Program-made: the position numbers and the translations under genes
The notes under the pieces: model-generated
The model's database searches: none
Told to the model about the DNA's origin: nothing
The model's input: the letters and a program-made list of their open reading frames with translations, nothing else
Assembly (NCBI GenBank): GCA_963772365.1
Contig: CAVYXA010000001.1
Coordinates: 480,001 to 544,000, forward strand
Source: an uncultured Verrucomicrobiae bacterium
GTDB taxonomy: Bacteria; Verrucomicrobiota; Verrucomicrobiia; Chthoniobacterales; UBA10450
DNA: 64,000 nucleotides
Direction: 5' to 3'
Part shown: in pieces, positions 41,363-49,891 of the stretch
Position numbering within the stretch: position 1 is the first letter of the stretch
Layout of the letters: each line of letters begins with the position of its first letter

Positions 41363-41482
41363 GATGCAGCAAACATACCATACAGAATCGCGCAAGGTGG
41401 AACGCATCTCCGAGCGCGTTAGTAAAACATATGCGGCTTTGCCGCCAAAACTTAACATCGCGACCGGAGGTCACGATCCACC

Positions 41483-42118
41483 TTATTCCTTGAGCAGCGC
41501 CAGGAACTCGGAGCGCGTGCGGGCATCCTCTTTGAATGTCCCAAGAAGGCACGAGGTTTTCATCACCGAATTCTGCTTTTCCACTCCGCGCATCATCATG
41601 CAAAGATGCTTCGCTTCAACGACGACGGCAACGCCAGATGGCTGCAAGCAATCCATTAGGGACTGAGCAATCTGCGTCGTAAGATTTTCCTGGATTTGCA
41701 ATCGACGCGCGAAAACATCGACAATCCGCGCGACCTTCGAGAGCCCGATCACCTTCCCGTTTGGAATGTAAGCAACGTGCGCCCGCCCGATGAAGGGCAA
41801 CAGATGATGTTCGCACATCGAATAAAGCTCGATGTCTTTCACCAGGATGATTTCGCTCGCGTCGGAATCGAAAATCGCGTTGTTGATGATCTCGTTCAGG
41901 TCCTGGCGATATCCCTGGGTCAGGAATTCAAAAGCGCGCGCGGCGCGGCCAGGTGTGCGAAGGAGCCCCTCGCGATGTGGATCTTCACCAATCGCCTCGA
42001 GCAACTCGCGAAACGATTTCTCGATGGTGCGCAAATGTTCTCCATCGAGACGGTTGACGTCACGAGTCAGCCGTTCCTGGCGTTCAAGAGTGGAAGAAGA
42101 CGTCCGCAAGATCGACAA
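41483..42118 (-). CDS. folE: GTP cyclohydrolase I
   Basis: [36 protein letters not shown] motifs. Confidence 0.96.
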   Translation of the reverse strand: MSILRTSSSTLERQERLTRDVNRLDGEHLRTIEKSFRELLEAIGEDPHREGLLRTPGRAARAFEFLTQGYRQDLNEIINNAIFDSDASEIILVKDIELYSMCEHHLLPFIGRAHVAYIPNGKVIGLSKVARIVDVFARRLQIQENLTTQIAQSLMDCLQPSGVAVVVEAKHLCMMMRGVEKQNSVMKTSCLLGTFKEDARTRSEFLALLKE

Positions 42119-42181
42119 ATCTAGTGTGGCAATTGCTTCTTGCCAATGGACTTCATCGGCTCGAAGTCGATGCCGCGATTA

Positions 42182-43366
42182 TTAATCGAGCCAGCTCTCC
42201 GGATATTTCTCGTCGTCGAGCGCGACCGCTTGCTCCGTCAACTCAAGCGTGTGTTCGGTATCGAACATCACCGCAAGCTCTTCCGTGCGTGTGGCGTTCT
42301 TGCTCGCCATGATCGTGCCCGGATGCGGCCCGTGAGGAATGCCGCGGGGATGCAATGTGACCGACGCCGGCTCAATCCCACGGCGCGAGCCGAAATTGCC
42401 GCGCACATAAAAGAGTACTTCGTCGGCTTCCACGTTATCGTGTACCCAGGGAATTTTCACAGCGTCGGGATGCGTATCGAGCAGCCGCGGTGCGAATGTG
42501 CAGACAACGTAGCCACGAATCTCGAACGTCTGATGAATCGGTGGCGGCTGATGCACGGTGCCGGTAATCGGCTCGAAGTCTTGGGCATTGAATGTGAACG
42601 GATATAAATAGCCGTCCCAGCCGACCACATCGAACGGGTTCTGTGCCATGGTAACGCAGGTCCAGCGTGGTCCGTCCTTCACCAAAATCTCGGTGTCGCC
42701 CTCCTTGTCGATGGCGTTGATTTCCGTCGGGCCGTGGAGATCGCGCTCGGAATAGGGCGCGCCCATCTTGATCTGACCTTCGTGATTCAAATAGCGCTTC
42801 GGGATGCGAACCGGTCCGACCGATTCGAGAATCAGGTAATCTTCGTCTTCGACCTTATCCGGAACGATTTTGTAAGTGATGCCGCGGGGGATCACGATGT
42901 AATCCTCAGCCCGATAGCGTTGTTTGCCGAAAACCGATTCGAGCGTGCCGCTGCCTTTGAACACGAAGATGATCTCATCGGCGCCCCCATTACGATAATG
43001 TTCAAATTGATCGTAAGCCTTTGCCGGACGGCTGCGATACGCCACCACGTCCTGATTAAACAAGATCGGAACCCGCCCCGTGTAGAGATCACCTTTTCGC
43101 GGAATATTCGCGGTCTTGAGATGATGATGGCGCAGTGGGCTGTCGGTAACTTTCTTGAGCTCTTCGCATTTGAGCAGTTTCACATTGCGCACACGCGTAG
43201 GGGGTCGCAGATGATAACAAATCGAGAACGCTTCATCGAATCCCTGCGTCGTGAAGACGTGCTCGTAGTAAATGCCTTCGTTCTTGTAACCCGGTCCCGC
43301 GCCATTTCGATGAAACCAGATGTGGTGCTTTCTCGGTATCTCGCCGAGTCTTTGATAATACGGCAT
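42182..43366 (-). CDS. hmgA: Homogentisate 1,2-dioxygenase family protein
   Basis: PFDVVGWDG, HQPPPIH, DEVLFY, HGPHPG, LAVMFDT motifs; downstream of hppD. Confidence 0.9.
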   Translation of the reverse strand: MPYYQRLGEIPRKHHIWFHRNGAGPGYKNEGIYYEHVFTTQGFDEAFSICYHLRPPTRVRNVKLLKCEELKKVTDSPLRHHHLKTANIPRKGDLYTGRVPILFNQDVVAYRSRPAKAYDQFEHYRNGGADEIIFVFKGSGTLESVFGKQRYRAEDYIVIPRGITYKIVPDKVEDEDYLILESVGPVRIPKRYLNHEGQIKMGAPYSERDLHGPTEINAIDKEGDTEILVKDGPRWTCVTMAQNPFDVVGWDGYLYPFTFNAQDFEPITGTVHQPPPIHQTFEIRGYVVCTFAPRLLDTHPDAVKIPWVHDNVEADEVLFYVRGNFGSRRGIEPASVTLHPRGIPHGPHPGTIMASKNATRTEELAVMFDTEHTLELTEQAVALDDEKYPESWLD

Positions 43367-43397
43367 TGTCGATCCTCCTCTTTCCTTACTCGCAATT

Positions 43398-43497
43398 TGT
43401 CATTCTGAGTGCAGCGAAGAATCTCTGATCATTCGAGTCTTCGCGTCCCTTCGCTAAAGACAATGACTGGAGATGTTTCGCGCCGCTCAACATGACA
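43398..43497. repeat. Inverted pair of TGTCA-type palindromic repeats
   Basis: TGTCATTCTGAGTGCAGCGAAGAATCTC ... GAGATGTTTCGCGCCGCTCAACATGACA. Confidence 0.8.
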
Positions 43498-43502
43498 TAT
43501 GA

Positions 43503-44636
43503 CTACAAATTGCCCCGCGCTTCCTGTTCGCGCTCGATTGCTTCGAAGAGCGCCTTGAAATTGCCTTTGCCGAAGCTCTTCGCGCCTTTACGCTGAATAA
43601 TCTCAAAAAAGAGCGTCGGCCGGTCTTCCACGGGCTTCGAGAAGATCTGAAGCAGATACCCTTCGTCGTCGCGATCAACAAGGATGCCGAGCTCTTTCAG
43701 CGCGTTCAATTCTTCATCGATGTGGCCGACACGATCGAGCAGCGTGTCGTAATAGGTCGAAGGTACCTTCAAGAAATCGAGCCCGCGATTCTGCAAATTG
43801 GTAACAGTTTCGATGATGTTGTTCGTGCCCATGGCGATATGCTGCACGCCCTCGCCATCGTAAAATTCGAGATATTCCTCGACCTGTGATTTCTTTTTCC
43901 CTTCAGCCGGCTCATTGATGGGAAATTTCACAAATCCGTTTCCATTGCTCATGACCTTACTCATGAGCGCAGAGTATTCGGTGGAAATATCCTTATCGTC
44001 GAACGTGAGAATGTTCCGGAATCCCATCACTTCCTCGTAAAATTTTACCCACGGATTCATCTGATTCCATCCGACATTCCCGACGCAATGATCGACATGC
44101 TGTAATCCGGTCTCGGTCGCGCGAAATGTCGGCTCCCACTTCACAAAACCCGGCATAAACGGCCCGGTATAATCTTCGCGCTCAACAAAGAGATGGACGA
44201 CTTCGCCATATGTGTGAATACCGCTCAGCACGATTTTGCCGTGCTCGTCCGTGAGGGTTTTCGGTTCGAGATAACTCTTGCCGCCCCGCTTGGTTGTTTC
44301 TTTCCAAGATGACGTCGCGTCTTTCACCTTGAGTGCGATCACCTTCACGCCGTCGCCGTGTTTATAAATGTGATCGGCGATCGGATTCTTCGCCCGGACC
44401 GGAGTCGTCAGGACAAATGTGATCTTGTTCTGCCGAAGCACATAGCTGGCGCGCTCCTTAATTCCCGTTTCCGGACCACCGTAGGCTATGGGCTGAAAAC
44501 CGAGCACACTCTGATAGTAGTGCGCGGCTTGCTTGGCATTGCCGACATAAAACTCGATATGATCTGTCCCTTGAAGCGGCAAAAAATCTTCTTGTGCCGC
44601 TGGGGCTTTCTTTGGAGCAGCAATTGTTGTTGGCAT
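43503..44636 (-). CDS. hppD: 4-hydroxyphenylpyruvate dioxygenase
   Basis: HGDGV, DHCVGN, GVQHIA, LLQIF, FFEIIQR, FGKGNFKALFE motifs. Confidence 0.97.
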   Translation of the reverse strand: MPTTIAAPKKAPAAQEDFLPLQGTDHIEFYVGNAKQAAHYYQSVLGFQPIAYGGPETGIKERASYVLRQNKITFVLTTPVRAKNPIADHIYKHGDGVKVIALKVKDATSSWKETTKRGGKSYLEPKTLTDEHGKIVLSGIHTYGEVVHLFVEREDYTGPFMPGFVKWEPTFRATETGLQHVDHCVGNVGWNQMNPWVKFYEEVMGFRNILTFDDKDISTEYSALMSKVMSNGNGFVKFPINEPAEGKKKSQVEEYLEFYDGEGVQHIAMGTNNIIETVTNLQNRGLDFLKVPSTYYDTLLDRVGHIDEELNALKELGILVDRDDEGYLLQIFSKPVEDRPTLFFEIIQRKGAKSFGKGNFKALFEAIEREQEARGNL

Positions 44637-44735
44637 ATAACCTCCTGCTTATTGGATGCGCTGCACACGCACCTCCAAATATAAGATCGACAGCCACACG
44701 TCGCAAGGTTGTCAGGCGGAGTTCGCTCAAATAGG

Positions 44736-44769
44736 AAAAAAGGCCAGGCCGGATAGCGACCTGGCCTTT
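44736..44769 (-). terminator. Rho-independent terminator
   Basis: AAAGGCCAGG...CCTGGCCTTT hairpin with a T run on the minus strand, downstream of the small lipoprotein gene. Confidence 0.65.
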
Positions 44770-44811
44770 GGTTAAAGGCCCTGTTTGAGGCCACAATTTC
44801 ACAAAACGACC

Positions 44812-44943
44812 TTACTTCGCGTAACCGGTCGTTGTGCCCGCAGTCGTCGTTGTCGTGGCTTCCTCGTTGTGGTGGGCGCAAGCCCCGAGACTTAAAGCCC
44901 CAGCCAAAATGGCCAGAAACGTAATCGCTTTTAAAAGTTTCAA
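44812..44943 (-). CDS. Small lipoprotein (43 aa)
   Basis: TTG start after AGGAGG; MKLLKAITFLAILAGALSLGAC-AHHNEEATTTTTAGTTTGYAK with LGAC lipobox. Confidence 0.75.
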   Translation of the reverse strand: MKLLKAITFLAILAGALSLGACAHHNEEATTTTTAGTTTGYAK

Positions 44944-45072
44944 TCTATATCCCCTCCTTTCTTTGCAAGGTGCTCCGTTTGTTTAGGCAATGAACTATAA
45001 CGAAGCAACGATTTTCTCTACCTTTTTGGATGTATAAAGGGTGTATTCCTCCCGGAAATTCCAGAATCCGAC

Positions 45073-45534
45073 CTAATGATCTATCACGACCGGCGTGTTT
45101 TCATCGACAAGATCGAACAGCTCTATCACATCCTCATTGCGCATTCGCACGCACCCATGGCTGTCAGGAGTGCCGATTTTATGCTCGTGCCTGGTCCCGT
45201 GGATGTAAATAAATCGCGCGCGCGTGTTCGCATTGTGCTCGTCCAATCCGTCGAGCCAAAGAATGCGCGATAGCACCAGATCTTCAGTGGGCGGAGCCGA
45301 ATCATCCGGCCCAAGTGCAATCCGACCTTTGAAAATCGTGCCGCTCGGCGCGTCAGCACCGATTTTTTCTACAATCCGAAACCGACCTGTCGGCGTTTTG
45401 TAGCTGCCGTTTTCGGCGCCAATGCCGAATCGCGAAGTCGAAACTTGATACGTGCGGATGATCGATTCACCCTCTTTTAGCGTAAGCCGCTGATCGCGAA
45501 TCGAAATGTGAATGCTTCTCGATGTTTGCATCAA
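45073..45534 (-). CDS. L,D-transpeptidase family protein
   Basis: TPTGRF, IYIHGT, SHGCVRM motifs. Confidence 0.9.
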   Translation of the reverse strand: MMQTSRSIHISIRDQRLTLKEGESIIRTYQVSTSRFGIGAENGSYKTPTGRFRIVEKIGADAPSGTIFKGRIALGPDDSAPPTEDLVLSRILWLDGLDEHNANTRARFIYIHGTRHEHKIGTPDSHGCVRMRNEDVIELFDLVDENTPVVIDH

Positions 45535-45563
45535 ATTGGGCCGGCGATAGACTCCGGCTGCCG

Positions 45564-46559
45564 ATGAAAGGCTATCACATCGCCATCGCAGGCGCGACCG
45601 GGGCCGTCGGTCAGGAGCTTCTCCGCGTTCTGGCGAGGCGAGCTTTCCCGGTGCGCAGTATCCGAGCCATTGGTTCCGCGCGATCGGCGGGAAAATCGGT
45701 TTGTTTTCGTGATGAATCCATTCCGGTCGAGGAACTGGGTAAATCTTCCTTCGATAAGATCGACATCGCGTTCTTTAGCGCAGGCGGTGAGATTTCCCGA
45801 AAGTTTGTTCCGATTGCCTGCCAGGCCGAAGCGGTGGTAATCGACAACTCATCCGCATTTCGTCTGGAGCCGCATGTGCCGCTCGTAATTCCGGAAATCA
45901 ATGGCGAAGATGTGAAGTGGCACCGCGGTCTCATTGCCAATCCAAACTGCACGACTGCGGTAACGCTGATGGCGCTTTACCCATTGCATCGTGTTTTTGG
46001 TGTTCGACGAATTTTCGCTGCGAGCTATCAGGCAGTCTCTGGCAGCGGTGCTCGGGCGCTCGAGGAATTGAAACAGCAGGTCAAAGCCACCGTGGACGAA
46101 CGAGAGTCGACCACGAAAGTCTATCCGCACCAGATCGCGTTCAATCTCCTGCCCCACGTGGATTCGTTTCTGGAAAACGGTTACACGAAAGAAGAAATGA
46201 AAATGCAAAGCGAAGGTCGCAAGATCATGCATTTGCCGGAGTTTCGCGCCTCGGTCACGTGCGTTCGTGTGCCGGTTTACCGGGCCCACTCGGTGGCGGT
46301 CAGCGCCGAATTCGAGCGACCGGTATCGGTGGAACATGCTCGTGAAGTTTTGGCCAAAGCTCCCGGACTTGAACTTGTCGATGAACCGCAGTCGAATCGT
46401 TATCCAATGCCGCTCAGCGTCACGGGAAAGGACAATTGTCAGGTCGGGCGCGTGCGCTTGGATTCTGCTCTCGATAATGGCTTGGCCCTCTGGGTTTGTG
46501 GGGATCAGCTGCTCAAAGGTGCGGCCTTGAATGCGGTTCAGATCGCGGAACTCCTCTGA
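45564..46559 (+). CDS. asd: Aspartate-semialdehyde dehydrogenase
   Basis: GATGAVG, IDNSSAFR, ANPNCTT, YQAVSGSG, LLKGAALNAVQ motifs. Confidence 0.97.
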   Translation: MKGYHIAIAGATGAVGQELLRVLARRAFPVRSIRAIGSARSAGKSVCFRDESIPVEELGKSSFDKIDIAFFSAGGEISRKFVPIACQAEAVVIDNSSAFRLEPHVPLVIPEINGEDVKWHRGLIANPNCTTAVTLMALYPLHRVFGVRRIFAASYQAVSGSGARALEELKQQVKATVDERESTTKVYPHQIAFNLLPHVDSFLENGYTKEEMKMQSEGRKIMHLPEFRASVTCVRVPVYRAHSVAVSAEFERPVSVEHAREVLAKAPGLELVDEPQSNRYPMPLSVTGKDNCQVGRVRLDSALDNGLALWVCGDQLLKGAALNAVQIAELL

Positions 46560-46654
46560 CCTCTATGGCCACGGGGCCTGTGGCCCGTCCAAGCGTACGC
46601 TGAACGACCCCGAAAAATCTCCGGGGCCGTCGGTCTTAACAGATTTCCGTCTTG

Positions 46655-48232
46655 TTATTCCGGCGAAGGCGATTCCTTCTCGCCTTTTTTCTTGTTGCCG
46701 CCTTCCGGTTTGCCGTGGCCATGTTCGGCGTCAGGTTGCCCGACAGCCTTCGGCGGGTGTTCCATGTTCTGCGGTTTTTCCTTACCCTGGTGGACGGGAT
46801 GATTCTCCGGACCTCTTCCGGCCATCGATTGCGTGTTCTCCGATTGATCTCCTTTATTTTTGAACGTTTCAGATCCGCCGGGTTTGCGGTTCTCCTGTTC
46901 GGAGGCGGCACTGAATTGATTACGCTCCGAAGATTCCTCGTGCGAAGCTTTCTGCCTCTCCTGCGAGTCCGGGTTGGCTACTGAGTCCAGCATGTTGGAT
47001 TTTTCCATCCCCTTTTCTTTGGCACTACCTTGAGCAGCTTTGCCAGTTCCAATGCCTTTACCTGTCACTTCTTCGCCCGGTTTGCCTTTATGTTTTCCAT
47101 GCTCAGCAGCCGCTGGAGAAGTCTGATCTTGTGGTCCTGCGGCTGCCGCTTGCCCGCGCTCCCCGCGTTTTCCATGTTTACCTTTTTCCTCCGGTGCGGC
47201 ACCAGCGCCACTTGCAGTGGCAGGCAAAGCTGCGGGACTTTCTATTGCGGGCGGCGAACCGCCGGCGGTCGCTTCTGCGCCTTTTTTCTCAGTGGGCGGC
47301 GGCACTTCCTTCAGATTTTGACTTTTGATCTTCTGTTTCAGTTGCTCTTGCGCATTCTCGTCGCCCGCTACCGACCAGCCGCGCTCGACTTTTACTTTCT
47401 CCTTCGCCACTTTGGTTTTCACCTTCGGTGGCGCAATTTGTTTGGCAGGTTTCTGAATCCTTTCTGGCGCAGCCACCACCAATTTGTCGCCCTGCACTTT
47501 CGTCAGTTCTCCCGATCGCGCCGCCGCGGCAACATTGACGTTGGATTCGCGCTGGATCTTCAGGCGTTGAATCGGACGCTCCGAGTGCCGAGACAACACG
47601 TCGTAATCCGGTCCGTAGTTGTAAACGATCTTGTTCTTAACGGTGATATTTGTGACGTTCACTGTCTCACTCACGTAAGTGATGTTCTGAGCGACAGGGT
47701 GGATATGACTGCGCAGAACAGGCGCTCCTATGTAACGAAGATCGACAAAGTTGTAATAGGCGGGGCCGATATCGAATTCGATATCCACATGGCCGCTGAT
47801 CGGGCGTCCTTCATATACCACCTCCGGCCCGCGCGGTGGCAATGGCGCCCAGCCGCAATAATCGTGACCAAAACGCCACGAGACCCAGGCCGGGCCCCAA
47901 ACCAAATCGGAACCCGGAAACCATACCCAGCCGTAATCTGCGAGGCGTGCCCAACGGCCGTAGTGATAAGTCGCCCAACCGAAATCCTCGTAGGACACCC
48001 ATGTCCACCCATAATCGGTGTAAGCCCAATAGCCATCAGTGTAGGGACGCCAATCGGCATTCCTCACCACGATATCTGGTTGCCATCCGTAACCATAATC
48101 ACCGACCTCGATCCAATCTCCACCCGACAGATTGTTGTAAAACAAATCGACGGAAACATCGGCTCCGTCCGCCCGCGGAATTGCTGTCATAACGAAAGAG
48201 CACAGCGCGAAGGCCAAAAGAATTCTTTTCAT
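46655..48232 (-). CDS. Secreted Trp/Gly-rich protein (DUF6600-like) with low-complexity tail
   Basis: WRPYTDGYW, GWATYHYGRW, WGPAWVSWR, GWAPLPP motifs. Confidence 0.8.
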   Translation of the reverse strand: MKRILLAFALCSFVMTAIPRADGADVSVDLFYNNLSGGDWIEVGDYGYGWQPDIVVRNADWRPYTDGYWAYTDYGWTWVSYEDFGWATYHYGRWARLADYGWVWFPGSDLVWGPAWVSWRFGHDYCGWAPLPPRGPEVVYEGRPISGHVDIEFDIGPAYYNFVDLRYIGAPVLRSHIHPVAQNITYVSETVNVTNITVKNKIVYNYGPDYDVLSRHSERPIQRLKIQRESNVNVAAAARSGELTKVQGDKLVVAAPERIQKPAKQIAPPKVKTKVAKEKVKVERGWSVAGDENAQEQLKQKIKSQNLKEVPPPTEKKGAEATAGGSPPAIESPAALPATASGAGAAPEEKGKHGKRGERGQAAAAGPQDQTSPAAAEHGKHKGKPGEEVTGKGIGTGKAAQGSAKEKGMEKSNMLDSVANPDSQERQKASHEESSERNQFSAASEQENRKPGGSETFKNKGDQSENTQSMAGRGPENHPVHQGKEKPQNMEHPPKAVGQPDAEHGHGKPEGGNKKKGEKESPSPE

Positions 48233-48373
48233 AATTTCACCATTCAATTTAAGAAGTTCGACTTACCCGCCGCGCGGTTTATTCATGAGTGAACCGAACG
48301 TAAGACTTTTGACGGGCGTATTCTCGCCGAGCTTTGCGAGATAACCGGCAACACTGCGCGCTCCTGCAGCGAT

Positions 48374-49891
48374 CTAGTGCGGTTTCAGAACAACGAACGA
48401 ACGGGTCCGATGTCGACAAAGGGAAAGTACTTGTGGCTGGGCCGGATCGACCGAGCCGGCAATCTGGTTGTAATCTGCAACCGATTGGATCGGCTGTTGA
48501 TTAACTTCCTCAATGACGTCGCCCTTTTGCAATTCCGCCGCGCCGCTGTCAGGATCGACATCGGTGATGACGACGCCGTGCGCGTTGCCGGGTAAATCCA
48601 GCCGGCTCCTCAATTCTGGCGTTAAGTTGTCCACATGAATCGCTGCCAGCGGTCCGCTCGTCTCCGCTGGCCCTTCCTCTTCTTCCTGGTCGTTAGGTTG
48701 TTGAGGCTGACCTTGCTGTGGCGAACGTACCGCAGCCCGGAAATCGACCGGCTGTTCCTTGATTTGTGTATCCACTTTCATCGTCTTGCCATTTCGAACG
48801 ATTTGCAGCTCGATCTTCCTGTTTAGCTCGGCCTGGGCAACCAAGGTTCGAAGCTCGGGAAAACTTTTCACGTCATGCCCATCGAACTTCTGGATGATGT
48901 CGCCCGGTTTCAGATTCGCTTCGGCTGCCGGTGATCCGGGCAATACAGCGTTCACAACCACACCCTCATTATCAGCAGCGCCTCGCCCTGGTTGAACCGT
49001 TTGAATCCCGAGGTAACCCCGAATGATTCGCCCTTTTTTCAGCAAACTCTCGAGGGCCATGCGCACGGTATTGGATGGAATCGCAAAACCAATCCCCTGC
49101 GAGCCGCCGCTGCGCGAGATGATCGCGGTATTGATTCCGACTACTTCGCCGCGAAGATTGATCAGCGGTCCGCCACTGTTCCCAGGATTGATCGCCGCAT
49201 CGGTTTGCAACAAATCGCTGAAAATATCGGTACGGTTCGGTCGGCCTCGAGAGCTGATGATACCGTTGGTAACGGTCTCCTCGAATCCGAATGGATTGCC
49301 GATTGCCAGGACAATGTCGCCGGCTTGCACATCATCCGAATCGGCCAGCTTGAGCGGTTTCACTTCGGGATTGTCGATCTTGAGCACGGCGAGATCGAGT
49401 TCCGCATCCGCCCCTATCAGGCGTGCCTTCTTGGTGCGGCCATCGCTCAATTGCACCTCGATTTCGTCCACCTGATCCACCACGTGATTATTCGTTATGA
49501 TATGACCTTCCTTGGTTACAATCACCCCTGAGCCAAGCGAATTTTGAATTAACGCCTGCTCGCGCGGAGTTCGAAACTGGCCGCGATTGCCAAAGAAAAA
49601 TTCAAACGGATCCATCCCGTATTGTCGCCGGATTGCAATCTTCTTTGACGTCTTCACGGCGACCACCGAGGGAATCACACTTTTTACCAGGGCGCGTCTT
49701 TCCTGGTTGAGCGCTTCCAGAGAGGCAACTTGTTTGGGACTCACGTTTGGCTCGGTCGCCAGCGTATATTTTTCAGGCGTTCGATGACCTATCGGTCCGA
49801 GCTTTCCATTGTGGAGACGGTAATCGTAAAGAAGCGAGACGCCCGCGCTCACCAGCAGCACGAACAGAAGAAATTTGGCAAAGTTTTTCAT
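48374..49891 (-). CDS. HtrA/DegP-like serine protease with two PDZ domains
   Basis: TNNHVV, DLAVL, INPGNSGGPL motifs; coupled to recG by TAATG overlap. Confidence 0.93.
   Translation of the reverse strand: MKNFAKFLLFVLLVSAGVSLLYDYRLHNGKLGPIGHRTPEKYTLATEPNVSPKQVASLEALNQERRALVKSVIPSVVAVKTSKKIAIRRQYGMDPFEFFFGNRGQFRTPREQALIQNSLGSGVIVTKEGHIITNNHVVDQVDEIEVQLSDGRTKKARLIGADAELDLAVLKIDNPEVKPLKLADSDDVQAGDIVLAIGNPFGFEETVTNGIISSRGRPNRTDIFSDLLQTDAAINPGNSGGPLINLRGEVVGINTAIISRSGGSQGIGFAIPSNTVRMALESLLKKGRIIRGYLGIQTVQPGRGAADNEGVVVNAVLPGSPAAEANLKPGDIIQKFDGHDVKSFPELRTLVAQAELNRKIELQIVRNGKTMKVDTQIKEQPVDFRAAVRSPQQGQPQQPNDQEEEEGPAETSGPLAAIHVDNLTPELRSRLDLPGNAHGVVITDVDPDSGAAELQKGDVIEEVNQQPIQSVADYNQIAGSVDPAQPQVLSLCRHRTRSFVVLKPH

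Noticed and set aside
47030..48292. Long antisense ORF (420 aa) and similar shadow ORFs such as 2729..3481 and 23560..24387
   Set aside because: They overlap well-supported genes on the opposite strand and lack recognisable motifs
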